The notes under the pieces: model-generated | What the model saw: the letters and a program-made list of their open reading frames with translations, nothing else | Told to the model about the DNA's origin: nothing | The model's database searches: none | Assembly: GCF_963921235.1 (NCBI RefSeq) | Contig: NC_086104.1 | Coordinates: forward strand, 4,526,001 to 4,590,000 | DNA from: Mobula hypostoma | Taxonomy: Eukaryota | DNA: 64,000 bases | Reading direction: 5' to 3' | In this document: positions 26,176 through 38,946 of the stretch, one piece after another | How the letters are laid out: each line of letters begins with the position of its first letter | Position numbering within the stretch: position 1 is the first letter of the stretch | Translations under genes and position numbers: made by a program

Positions 26176-28210
26176 GCTTGGCCCCACTAAGCCTTCAGCC
26201 AAGCCTCCCCTCAAGTCTCTAGCCGAGCCTCGCCCCAAGCCAAGCTTCAAGACCCCAAGCCTCAAACCTCCAGTCTCAAGCCTCACCTCAAGTCTCTAGT
26301 CTCAAGCCTCATCTCAAGTCTCTAGTCTCGAGTCTCTGCTCTCCAGCCTCACCTCAAGTCTCTGCTCTCTACCCTCGCCTCGAGTCTCTGCTCTCCAGCC
26401 TCGCCTCGAGTCTCTGCTCTCCAGCCTCGCCTCGAGTCTCTGCTCTCCAGCCTCACCTCAAGTCTCTGGTCTCCAGCCTCACCTCAAGTCTGAAGACTCC
26501 CGCCTCATCCTGCCTGCCGGCCAAGTCACGTCCTTGCCTAGTTCTGGGGTCTGAGCCACAGGCAAGACCCAGGTTCTGGGTCCTTGTCCAGTCTCTAGCT
26601 CGGAATCCTAGCCCTGGCTCCTAGCTCTCTTGTCCAATCCTGTTCCATGTTCCCAGTTTTCGTGTCCATGTCCTAGCACTGTCCCTGTTTCCTAGTCCTG
26701 TCCTTAGTACTTCAGTGTCTGCGTCTTGCACTTGGGTCCATTCCCACCCACCACCTTATGACAGAACAATCCAGCCAACCATAGACCCAGCAACACAGAC
26801 ACTGTCATTTTCCTCTTGCCACCCGGGGTTCCCTTCTGGTAAGTACCCTCCCACCCGCCCGGGTTGTCCATAGTCTCGATAGCCTGTTTGGTTGTCAGGA
26901 GGCTCCCGTAGAGGGGGGTATACTGTCATGGTCCAGTCCATGAAGTCCGCATTCCGGTTCACGGTCCAGTCCATCGCCCCTTGCTCCAGGTTTTCCTGTC
27001 TACCCTGTTTCTGTTCCTGTTTGAGCTCTAATTGAGGCAGCTGATGCTCATTGGGACTGGCTGAATAAATACCTCCAGAGACCAGGGCGTGGCTGCTGGA
27101 TTGTTCTTGTCCTTACTCCTTGTATCCCTTCCCCTGCCTTCTGTTTCCTCACCTGAAGCCTTGCCTTGTTTTGCCGGTAACTCTCGCCTCGCCTGAAGTT
27201 CTTGTCTCACCTTGCATTGCCAGAAGCCTTGCCTTGTCTTGCTGGTAACTCTCACCTCGTCTCACCTGTAGTCTTGTCCCTGGAGCCACCCCATACCTAG
27301 CTCCCTTCCTGTCCTTTGCCTCCACCAGGTAAGTCAGGCCAGATTGCCATTACCCTACAGTTGGTTCTGTCCCTTGCCTCCGTCGGGTAAGCCAACCAGA
27401 TTGCCGTTACCCTGCGGTGGGTTCTGTCCTTTCCTGTCCTTTGCCTCCGTCAGGTAAGCCAGGCCAGATTGCCGTTACCCTACGGTTGGTTCTGTCCCTT
27501 GCCTCCATCGGGTAAGCCAGGCCAGATTGCCATTACCCTATGGTTGGTTCTGTCCCTTCCTGTCTCTTGCCTCCGTTGAGTGGAGATCCATGCACTGCCC
27601 AGGTGATCTGCACCCTGCCCAGGAGGAGCTTCAAGACCCCAAGCCTCTAGCCAAGCATCACCTCAAGTCTCTAGCCGAGCCTCGCCCCAAGCCAAGCTTC
27701 AAGACCCCAAGCCTCTAGCCTCACCTTGCCTCAAACCGCTAGCCTTGCCTCACCTCAAGCCTCAAGCCTCTAGCCTTGCCTCGCCTCAAGCCTCAAGCCT
27801 CTAGCCTCTATCCTCGCCTTGCCTCAAGCCTCTAGCCTCACCTCACCTTAAGTCTCAAGCCACACCCTAAGCCAAGCTTCAAGACTCCAACACTCAAGCC
27901 TCGCTTCGAGTCTCTGGTCTCCAGCCTCGCCTCAAGTCTGAAGACTCCAGCCTCGTCCTGCCTGCCAGCCAAGTCACGTCCTTGCCTAGTTCTGGGGTCT
28001 GAGCCAGAGGCAAGACCCAGTTTCTGGGTCCTTGTCCAGTCTCTGGCTCGGAGTCCTCGCCCTGTTTCCTAGCTCTCTTGTCCAATCCTGTTCCGGGTTC
28101 CCGGTTTTTGTGTCCATGTCCTAGCCCTCTCCCTGTATCCTAGTTCTGTCCCTAGTACTTCAGTATCTGTGTCTTGCATTTGGGTCCATTCCCAGCCACC
28201 ACCTTAGACA
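26176..28210 (+). mobile_element. Miniature non-autonomous LTR element: partial LTR (26176-26763), 160 bp internal (26764-26923), LTR (26924-28210)
   Basis: ...TTATGACA|GAACAATCCAGC...degenerate MDPA gag start (ATAGACCCAGCA)...GAGGGGGGTATAC|TGTCATGGTCC; internal tandem repeats in LTR. Confidence 0.85.
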
Positions 28211-29470
28211 ACTGACTGGAATTTAGAAGGTTGAGGGGGGATCTCATTCAAACTGTTCGAATGTTGAAAGGCCTAGAGAGAGTAGATGTTGTAAGGATGT
28301 TTCCCATGGTGGGAGAGTCTAGGACAAGAGGACACAGCCTCAGGATAGAAGGGTGCACTTTCAAAACAGAGATGCTGAGAAATTTCTTTAGCCAAAAGGT
28401 GGTCATTTTGTGGAATTTATTGCCACATGCAACCATGGAGGCCAGGTCGTGGGATGTATTTAAGGCAGAGATTGATAAGTTCTTGATTGGAAACGTCATC
28501 AAAGGTTACGGGAGAAGCACGGGAACTGAGGTTGAGGAGGAGATACAAAACAGGATCAGCCATGATTGTATGGCAGAGCAGACTTGATGGGTCAAATGGC
28601 CTCATTCTGCTCCTTCATCTTATGTTCTGATGGTATTGAACAGCAAAATCGAAACAACAGGTTTGATTGGTCAGATAGTTTGAAGTGACTACATTTTAAT
28701 GCTTGGAGTATTATGAGTAGAAACATAGAAACATAGAAAACGTACAGCACCATACAGGCCCTTCGGCCCACGAAGCTGTGCCAAACATGTCCCTACCATA
28801 GAACTACCTGGGCTTTACCTATAGCTCTCTATTTTTCTAAGCTCCATGTAGCCATCCAGGAGCCTCTTAAAAGACCCTGTCGTTTCTGTTTCCACCACCG
28901 CTGCCAGCAGCCAATTCCACGCACTCACTTTTCACTCTGCGTAAGAAACACCCCTGACATCTCCTCTGTACCTATTTCCAAGCACCTTCAAACTATGCCC
29001 TCTCGTGATAGCTATTTCAGCCCTGGGGAAAAGCCTCTGACTATCCACACGATCAATGCCTCTCATTATCTTGTACACCCCTATCAAGTCACCTCTCATC
29101 CTCCGTCACTCCAAGGAGAAAAGGCCGAGTTCACTCAACCTATTCTCATAAGGCATGGTCGCCAATCCAGGCAACATCCTTGTAAATCTCCTCTGCACCC
29201 TTTCTATGGCTTCCATGTCTTTTCTACAGTGAGGCGAACAAAATTGAGCACAGTACTCCAAGTGGGGTCTGACCAGGATCCTATATATCTGCAACATTAC
29301 AGAGCTAAACTCTTAAACTCAATCCCATGATTGATGAAGGCCAATGGTGGATGCCTTCTTAACCACAGGGTCAACCTACTTTGAGTGTCCTGTGGACTCG
29401 GACCTCAAGATCCCTCTGATCCTCCACACTGCCTAGAGTTTCTTACCATTCACGCTATGTTTTGCCATCA
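28211..29470. mobile_element. CR1 3' fragments (plus 28211-28630; minus about 28730-29470)
   Basis: RGDLIQTVRMLKGL...FFSQKVV; LVRPHLEYCAQF...RRFTRMLPGL. Confidence 0.85.
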
Positions 29471-29499
29471 TATTTGACCTACCAAAATGTACCACCTCA

Positions 29500-31680
29500 G
29501 TGAGGATAATGAGCCCAGAGCAGGGATCAGTACATGGAAATACGATGTTGTAGCCATTACTGACACTTGGTCAAGAGAGGGACAGAAATGGGTGCTTAAT
29601 GCACGAGATTTTTGTAGTTTTAGAAAAGATTGAGTAGGAGGTAAAAGAGTAGGGTGGGGTGTGTTTTGCACTACTAATCAGGGACCAGACATTCAGGGGA
29701 CAGACACTGAGTCCATTTGGGTGGAACTCAGGAATAGGAAGGATGTGATCAGACTGATGGAATTATAAAACAAACCCCTAATAGCCATCGGGACATTGAG
29801 GAACCAAAACCTATTCAGGTTAAGGAAATGGGTAAAAATAATAAGGTTGGTCTCTTGGAGGTTACAACTTTCCTCATAAAAACTGGGACATTCTTTCTGC
29901 AAGGGGTTTTGATGGTGTAAAATCTGTTAACCATACTCAGGAAGGTTTTGTAAATCAGTATGTGGATGGTCCAATGAGAGGAGGGGCTGTCACGGTCCGG
30001 TCCGTTGACTTCTCATTTCAGTTAATTTCCTTTTCCCCGTGTTCCACTGGGCTCCTTGATTAGGGCACCTGATCCTCATTCAAACCAGCAGCATAAATCT
30101 CCGGCTTACATTTACTCGCTGCTGGTTCGTCACTGTAGCCAGGGCAGCAATGAACATTCCGAGCCACCAAGAATAAGGGACCGTCTTCCGAGCCACCAAA
30201 AATAAGGGACCGTCTTCAGGAGCTTCTCCATGTATTGTCTGTTGTTGTTTGTTTTTGTCGTCTCGTGTCCAGCTGAGCGTTGCTGGCTGTTTTGCCGCTG
30301 CTCCAAGTCGGGATGCGAGTGGTCTGTCATTGTCTTGTTTTGAAGGCTCTGAGTCCCAGTCCCAGTCAAGGCTTTGTGTCCAGTCAAGTGATTATCAGCC
30401 GTTTGCTGCTTCATGAGCTTCTCCGTGTCAAGATACATATTGTCTGTTATTATTTGGTTTAGTCATCTCGTTTCCTGCTGAGTAGGTCCAGCCATTTGCC
30501 ACTACTCTGCATTGAAAATTCTGTCTCTTCATGTCCCAGTCCGAGTCCAGGCTCTGTGTTCTGGTCCAGTCCGAGTCCAGGCTCTGTGTTCTGGTCAAGT
30601 CCAAGTCCAGGCTCTGTGTCCAAGTTCTGGCTCCAAGTCCAAGTCAAGTCCAAGTCCGTCTCTGTGTCAAATCTCCGTGCCTTTGTCCTGCACTTGGGTC
30701 CGCTCCCAAACGCCCCATTGCAACAGGGGCTGTACTGGACCTGGTGTTGGGTAATGAGCCTGGCCAGCTGACTGAGCTTTCAGTGAGTGAGCAGTTAGGG
30801 AACAGTGACCAGAAATCCTTAACTTTTAAGATAGTTATCGGTAAGGATAAAGATTGGAATAAGGCAAATTATGACTGCATTAGGCAGGAACTAAAAAGCA
30901 TTAATTGGGAACATATCAGACATGTGGAGGGAATTCAAGGAACAATTGCACAGAGTACAGGAAAGGTGTGCTCCTGTTATAAGGATGGACAGGGATGCCC
31001 TGAAAAGTGATGAATTTAGTCATGAAGAAAAAGGAAAAGTATGTAACACTTTGGAAGCTAGGATCAAGCGAAGCAGATGAGAAGTATAAAGAATCCAGAA
31101 AAGAACTACAGAAGGGAATTAGGAAAGCCGGGAGGGGATGTGAAAAGTCCTTGGCAAACAGGATTAAGGTGAAACCCAAGGCATTCTATACGTACAACAA
31201 AAACAAGAGGATAACTAGGGAGAGGGTGGAACCACTCAAAGATAAAGCGGTGGGGGGGGGGGAGAAATTTGCTTGGATGCAGAGAATGTAAGTGAGGTAC
31301 TTAATGAGTACTTTGCTTCAGTATTTACCAGGGAAAAGAATATGGAGGACTAATGGATCTGTGCTGAGTGTATAACCACGTTATGGTGTTTAGAAGTCAA
31401 GGAGGAGGAAGTGTTGGGCCTCCTAAGGAGTATTAAGATGAATAAATCTGCAGGGCCTGATGGGATTTACCCCAGGTTATTGAAGGAGGCAAGAGACAAG
31501 ATTTTTGGTCCCTTGACCAGGATCTTCATCTTCTCATTTGCCACAGGGGAGATCCCGGAGGACTAGTGAGTGGCTAATGTTGTACTTATATTTAAGAAGG
31601 GAACAAGGGAAAATCCTGGGATCTATAGACCAGTGAGTCTCAGGTCATCTGTAGGGAAATTGCTGGAGATAATTCTGAGA
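29500..31680 (+). mobile_element. Decayed CR1 (endonuclease to RT start) containing a solo LTR
   Basis: YDVVAITDTW, AVLDLVLGNEPGQ, KAFYTY, PGIYRPVSL motifs. Confidence 0.8.
29988..30725 (+). mobile_element. Solo LTR (mini-LTR family)
   Basis: TGTCACGG...GCAACA with exact 5 bp duplication GGGGC (29983-29987, 30726-30730). Confidence 0.9.
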
Positions 31681-31682
31681 GT

Positions 31683-32372
31683 TTTACAATGGGGCGTTTG
31701 GGAGCGGACCCAAATGCAGTACACAGACACAGAGGTAACATTAGCAGAAGTGTATTTTATTAATAGTTGCCAGGAAGGCCAGTGAGCGAGGATTAGATGC
31801 TTACGTGGACGTGAACATTGGACAACAAACCGCAGGAACCTGGACTGGGACTTGGCCATGGAGTCTAGACTCAGACATGGAACCTGGACTTGGACTCGGA
31901 CTCAGACATGGAACCTGGACTTGGACTTGACTTGGACTTGGAGCCTGGACTCGGAGCCTGGACTCGGACTTGACTTGGACTCCGAGCCTGGACTCGGACT
32001 TGGAGACGGGATGACAAAACCAAACAAAGACAGGCAATTCATATCTTGGCTCGGAGTAGCGGCAAACGGCCTGCAATACTCAGCTGGACACGAGACGACA
32101 AAACCAAACAACGACAGGCAATTCGTATCTTGACATGGGGTAGCACATGAAGCGGCAAACGGCTGGCAATCACTTAGCTGAACATGGAGAGACAGAATTC
32201 TGGAAGCAACCCCAGGCACCGAAGCCACTTAGAATCCACCATTCTCAGCGGCCCGGAACATGCATTGCCAAACGGGCTGCGGAGTGACGGTCCAGCATCG
32301 AGTAGATGTAAGCTGGAATTTTTATGCTGCCGGTTCGGATGAGGATCAGGTGCCCTAATCAAGGAGCCCGGT
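31683..32372 (-). mobile_element. 5'-truncated LTR (mini-LTR family)
   Basis: Reverse-complement similarity to 29988-30725 including (GGACTT/GGACTC)n tracts. Confidence 0.8.
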
Positions 32373-32939
32373 AAATGCTTACAGACACTGTACACTGCGG
32401 GAGCAGAAAGGAGTTTGTGAGACAGTAAATGCAGGAATGTGGGCAAGCAAGAGGAAAGTAAGTGAGAACATGATGACTTCACACGTTGCTTTGTGGTAAA
32501 ATTGGGAAATTGAAAGAAGTGTAAAAGGGCATAGCAGATATACTGTAAGGAACATAGTGATATCCTGTGTGAGTCATGGACTCACAGTAAAGCACAGTGT
32601 TACAGAACTGGCCATTCGGCCCATCTTGTACATTCTGACCACATTGCCAATCTACACCAATCACATTTCCATGCATTGGGTCCCCATCCCTCAGCACCTT
32701 TCTTATCCAAGCATCTGTTCAAATGTCTCAAATGTTATAATTCTATCTGCTCCACCATCTCCGGTGGCAGCTTGTTGAAGTTTAAGTTTATTGTCATCTT
32801 GACTGTACATGTATACAACTAAATCAAACAATGTTCCTCCAGACCACGGTGCATCCACAAAACACATAGCACACACAGCACATAAACCAAAATATTACCA
32901 TCAATATGTTAATAAAATATCATTCAGAATGCATGTAGA

Positions 32940-33540
32940 GCACAGTACAGATAAGAACATACGAACATACGAAATAGGAGCAGGAGTAGGTCATCCAGCC
33001 CATCGAGCCTGCCCCGCCATGGCTGATTTGTCTGTAAAGTCAGCTCCATCTACCTGCCTTTTCTCCATAACCCTTAATTCCCTTACTATGTAAAAATCTA
33101 TCTAACTGTTTCTTAGATATATTTAGTGAAGAAGCCTCAACTGCTTCCCTGGGCAGAGAATTCCACAGATTCACACTCTCTGGGGAAAATAGTTTCTCCT
33201 CATCTCCGTCCTAAATCTTCTCGCCTGAATCTTGAGGCAATGTCCCCTAGTTCTAGTCTCACCTACCAATGGAAACAACTTTCCTACTTCTATCTTATCT
33301 ATCCCTTTCAAAAGTTTGTATGTTTCTATAAGATCCTCTCTCATTCTTCTGATCTCCAGAGAGTATAGTCCCAGGTGACTCAATCTCTCCTCATAGGTTA
33401 ACCTTTCCATACCTGGAGTCAACCTGGTGAACCTCCTCTGCATTACCTCCAAAGCCAATATATCCTTCCTTTAAACCTTCTTGTCAAAGACTTTTCATGG
33501 CCCTTCCTGGCTCTCTTCCCCTTCTTGAATTCTTCTCAGG
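32940..33540 (-). mobile_element. CR1 3' fragment
   Basis: RRFTRLTPGMERLTYEERL...YFPQRV. Confidence 0.85.
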
Positions 33541-33559
33541 CTCCTTTATAATTCTCGAG

Positions 33560-36290
33560 GTCATCTGTTTGACATTAGCTCCTTGCCCATGATGTACTGG
33601 GCTGAATCCATTACCTTTTGTAGGATTTTCCTTTCAAAGGCATTGGTGTTATACCAGACCATTATATAGCCTGTCAATATACTCTCCACTACACATCTAC
33701 AGAAGTTTCCCAAAGTTTTTGATGTTATGCCAAATCTCCGCAGACTCCTAAGGAAGTAGAGGTGCAGACATACTTTCCTCACAAATGCACAATGTGATTG
33801 GTTCAGGACAGGTCCTCCAAAATGATAACACCAAGGAGTTTAAAGTTGCTAACCATCTCCTCCTCTGACTCACCCATCAGGACTGGCTCATGGACTTCTG
33901 GTTTCCCTGGCCTGAAGGCTACAGTCAGTTCCTTGGTCTTGCTGACATTGAGTGAGAGGTTGTTGTTATGACACCACTGAATTAGATTTTCAATCTCCCT
34001 CCTGTACTCTGATTCACCACGTTTGATGTGGCCCACAAGAGAGATGTCATCAGCAGAATTGAATATGGTACTGGAGCTGTGCTTAACCACACAGTCACAG
34101 TGTAAAGCAAGCAGAACGGGGGCTAAGTACACTCGAGGAGGAGGTGTTTTTGCCAATCTGAACTGATTGGGGTCTAGAAATGGGGAAATCTAATTGCAAA
34201 AGCTGGTTGTGAGGCCAAGGGTTGGAGCTTATTGATTAGTTTTGAAGGGATGGTGGTATTAAATGCTGAGCTGTAATTGATAAAGAGCATACTGATGTAT
34301 GCATAGAAACATAGAAAATAGGTGCAGGAGTAGGCCATTCGGCCCTTCGAGCCTGCACCGCCATTTATTATGATCATGGCTGATCATCCAACTCAGAACC
34401 CAGCCTTCCCTCCATACCCCCTGACCCCTGTAGCCACAAGGGCCATATCTAACTCCCTCTTAAACATAGCCAATGAACTGGCCTCAACAGTTTGCTGTGG
34501 CAGAGAATTCCACAGATTCACCACTCTCTGTGTGAAGAAGTTTCTCCTAATCTCGGTCCTAAAAGGCTTCCCCTCTATCCTCAAACTGTGACCCCTCGTT
34601 CTGGACCTGCCCAACATCGGGAACAATCTTCCCGCATCTAGCCTGTCCAATCCCTTTAGGATCTTATACGTTTCAATCAGATCCCCCCTCAATCTTCTAA
34701 ATTCCAACGAGTACAAGCCCAGTTCATCCAGTCTTTCTTCATATGAAAGACCTGCCATCCCAGGAATCAATCTGGTGAACCTTCTTTGTACTCCCTCTAT
34801 GGCAAAGATGTCTTTCCTCAGATTAGGGGACCAAAACTGCACACAATAATCCAGATGTGGTCTCACCAAGGCCTTGTACAACTGCAGTAGTACCTCCCTG
34901 CTCCTGTACTCGAATCCTCTCGCTATAAATGCCAGCATACCATTCGCCTTTTTCACCGCCTGCTGTACCTGCATGCCCACTTTCAATGACTGGTGTATAA
35001 TGACACCCAGGTCTCGTTGCACCTCCCCTTTTCCTAATCGGCCACCATTCAGATAATAATCTGTTTTCCTATTTTTACCACCAAAGTGGATAACTTCACA
35101 TTTATCCACATTGAATTGCATCTGCCATGAGTTTGCCCACTCACCCAACCTATCCAAGTCACCCTGCATCCTCTTAGCATCCTCCTCACTGCTAACACTG
35201 CCACCCAGCTTCGTGTCATCCGCAAACTTGGAGATGCTGCATTTAATTCCCTCATCCAAGTCATTAATATATATTGTAAACAACTGGGGTCCCAACACTG
35301 AGCCTTGCGGTACCCCACTAGTCACTGCCTGCCATTCTGAAAAGGTCCCGTTTATTCCCACTCTTTGCTTCCTGTCTGCTAACCAATTCTCTATCCACAT
35401 CAATACCTTACCCCCAATACCGTGTGCTTTAAGTTTGCACACTAATCTCCTGTGTGGGACCTTGTCAAAAGCCTTTTGAAAATCCAAATATACCACATCC
35501 ACTGGTTCTCCCCTATCCACTCTACTAGTTACATCCTCAAAAAATTCTATTAGATTCGTCAGACATGATTTTCCTTTCACAGATCCATGCTAACTTTGTC
35601 CGATGATTTCACCGCTTTCCAAATGTGCTGTTATCACATCCTTGATAACTGACTCCAGCAGTTTCCCCAGCATCTTTGCTGTCCGAATGTTCCAGGGTTG
35701 TGTGATGAGCCAGAGACAGCATCTGCTCTGGACATGTTGCTCCTGTCAAAACACTTCATCACTGTGGATTTAGATGTATCTGGGTGGTAGTTACTGAGAC
35801 AGGTCAGCACTCTCTTCTTGGGCGCTGATATAACTGAAGCCTGCTTGAAACAGGTGGATACCACTTGCTGCTGAAGCAAGAGGTTAAAGATATCAGTGAA
35901 CACACCAGTCAGTTGGTCACACAGGTCTCCAGTACGTGGCCAGGTACCCCGTCCAGTCCAGATGCTTTATTTGGATTTACTCTCCTGAAGGCTGCCTGCA
36001 CATCAGCTGCAGATACTGAAATCAAAGGAACATAAGGAGGTGTGAGAGTTAGCATGTACTGATGGCCAGAGTGGGCACAGAAGGCATTGAGCTCATCTGG
36101 AAGTGAAGGCCCAGTGTACCCCACCTTGCTTGATTTAACTTTGTGGGAAGTTATGGCATTCACACCTTGTCAAGCATCCCTCGATGATTTCAGTTTGCTC
36201 CGGAATTTTGCTTTGCCCGAGAGATCACTTTCCAGAGATCATATCTGCTCCTTTTGTAGCTTCCTTGGTCTCCAGACTTAAATGTATCTA
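33560..36290 (-). mobile_element. Rex1/Babar-type LINE remnant, interrupted by CR1
   Basis: LYFLRSLRRFG, NSADDISLVGHI...LSLNVSKTKEL, YSSAFNTTIP, KASGLDGVPG, TVMKCF. Confidence 0.75.
34305..35668 (-). mobile_element. Young 5'-truncated CR1 with uninterrupted 395 aa RT ORF
   Basis: ORF 34393-35580; almost identical to 16486-17997. Confidence 0.95.
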
Positions 36291-36304
36291 ATCTGGCCCT
36301 CTGC

Positions 36305-36880
36305 AAATTTCAGATTTCATGGTTCATCCAGAGCTTCTGACTGGGGAAGACTCTGAACTATTGAAACTCTGTTGGTTTCCTTGGCTGTGTAAGTCTAGGG
36401 CAGACACACTCCGATCCTGCCAAACCTGTGAGATTGAGACATCTCTCCCATCCAAACCCCGGTTTGTGTGGATGCTGTGTAATTTGCTACCCTTTTACAG
36501 TTCAGTGCCAAGAAACAACAGACAGCACACTGCGTATGATTAAAGGAATTATATTTATGAATCTTAACTAGAAGGATAGTAAAGAAAATAAAGAAAAAAA
36601 ACAAAAAGGGCCCTTTGTAATTAAACAGTTAAACGTGAACCAGTTGGAGCACAGTTCAACGATCCTCAGTCAATCTCAGCGTCTGGCTCCATCGAGTCAC
36701 AATCTCCCCGCTGGATTATATCCTAAAACAGTTTTCTCCATCGTCTTCTCTGTTCATCTCCCGCTGAACAAAGGACCCAGCTCACATTCCAAACCACCTG
36801 TTATCTCTCACCATAACCCAACCACTGCTTCCACAGAAAGACCATTACATTGGCAGTGAAATCTTTCTCAGGGTATAACA
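36305..36880 (-). mobile_element. Gypsy LTR (36427-36880) with start of internal region
   Basis: TGTTATACCC...TCACA termini on minus strand; layout resembles LTR at 9120-9654. Confidence 0.65.
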
Positions 36881-37369
36881 CTATTTACTGGGGACACACC
36901 CATCTTCAGCTATTTTAATAAAGTCTGTTACAACCCTGATGTATTCACTCCGATCCACAGATGAGTGTTTGAGCATGGGTAAAGCTCTTCCAAACAATGA
37001 GCACATCTACTGCATATGGTAGGCTATTGTAGGAAAGCAGCATTCATCATCAGAGAACCTCACCATCTAGACCATGCTCTTTTTTTCTCCTTGCTGCCAT
37101 CAGGTAGAAGATACAAGAGACTCAGGCCACGGACCATCAGGTTGAAAAACAGTTACCATCCCTCAGTCATCAGGCTTTTGATAAAAGGGAGTAACTACAC
37201 TCACTTGCCCATACTGAGATGCTCTAAAAACCAGTGATCTCACCTTAAGGACTCTTTATCTTGTTATTTATTGCTGTTTATTTATATTTGCATTTGTTGC
37301 CTTCTGCACTCTACTTGATCTTTCATTAATCCTGTTGTAGTGACTATACAATCGATTTGTTGAGTATGC

Positions 37370-37880
37370 CCACAGGAGTTGAGTCTCAGGCCATGATGAG
37401 ACTAAACTCAGGTTGGAGGAGCAATACCTCATATACCGTCTAGGTAGTCTCCAGCCCCTTGGTATGAACATAGAATTCTCCAACTTCCGGTAATTATCTC
37501 CCCCTCTCTTTCCCTATCCTTATTCCACTCTGCCCACTCCCCCAGCTGCCTATCACCTCCCTCATGGTTCCGCCTCCTTCTACTATCCATTGTGTTTTCC
37601 CCTATTCCTTCTTCACCTTTCCTGCTTATCACCTCCCTGCCTCCCCTCCCCCACTCCTTTATCTTTCCCCTGACTGGTTTCTCACCTGGAACCTACCAGC
37701 CTTCTCCTTCCCACCCTCCCCCCACCTTCTTTATAGAGCCTCTGCCCCTTCCCCCTACAGTCCTGACGAAGGGTTCTGGCCCGAAATATCGACACATCGT
37801 TTTCACGGATGCTGCCCGACCTGCTGAGTTCCTCTAGCGTGTTGTGAGTGTTGCTTTGCCCCAGCATCTGCAGAGTATTT
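37370..37880. mobile_element. Penelope-like element remnant
   Basis: Pyrimidine-rich body and GATGCTGCCCGACCTGCTGAGTTCCTCTAGC end also seen at 59930-60230, 61340-61670 and 55070-55510. Confidence 0.6.
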
Positions 37881-38946
37881 TGGGTTTAGTGAATCTCAGG
37901 TTTGTATGTAGTGACACATATGTACTCTAATAATAAAATTCACTTTGAATCTTGAACTTAAACCATAAATACACTTCCTCTTTCTGACTAACTTCACCAC
38001 TTCTCTGAATATCCATGGTTCTCTTAAATTTCCAACCTTGTCCTTCCTCCTTACTGGAAGATCCCTGCCCTGTACTCTGTGCAGTTGGTCATTAAACACC
38101 TTCCACATGTCAGATGTGGACTTGCCCAAAAACAGCTTTTCCCAATTAACTTTTCCAAGATCTTTCCTAATGGTCTAGTAACCTGCCCTTCTGCGGTTCA
38201 ATACTCTCTCACAAGTTTCATGCTCATCGTCATCGATAGTTCTGTTAAAACTTGGAGTTGTGGTCACTGTTCCCTAACCGCTCACCAACTGAAATGTCAG
38301 TCACCTGGCCAGCTCATTACCCAAAACAGATGCAGTGCAGCCCCTCCTCTTGATGGACTAGCCTTGGAAAACCGTCCTACAGACAGCTCATAGATTTTAA
38401 TCAGTGGTCTTCATCACTCGCGATGGACACGTGCTCACACACCACTACAACCACTCAATAGTCCGAGGGATTTAAAGGAACAAACTTGAACAGAGCTAAC
38501 TGACAGCTGCAAAAAACATAAGGTTATTTTCGGAGGTGATTTTAAGTATCCACATACAGACTTGGAATCCTACACTGTTAAGAGGACTAGATGGGATAAA
38601 GTTTGTCAAATGCTGGTGGCCTTGAAGATGTTCTGATCCAGGGAGATGTTGAAGATGTCAGTGAGAACATCTGCTAGATGAGCTGCACAGTCTCTGAGCA
38701 GACAGACAGGTATGTTGTCAGGTCCTGCAGCTTTACTGGGATCTTCCTCACATCAGCTGTGGCCAGATAGAATGCCTGCTCCTCGGAGAGAGGGGGTGCC
38801 CGTCTCATCCGCATGTTGTGTGGTGTATCAAATGTTTCCACATGATGATGCTCACACTGTCAGAGAGGCATCTCAGTCATTGACATCAAGGTGCTCTAAT
38901 ATCTCATTGTGAACTAAATCCAGAGATTACTACCCCTGAGATCCTA

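Larger units (their letters stand above)
14930..26176 (-). mobile_element. Ty3/Gypsy element 2, fragmented by nested insertions (3' LTR about 14930-15311; integrase 15330-16485 and 17998-18150; RH/RT/pro 22620-24068 and 24988-26176)
   Basis: Pol pieces homologous to element 1 and collinear once inserts are removed; PPT-like GGGGTAAGGGGGTCTTGGTTAC precedes LTR start TGTTG. Confidence 0.85.
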
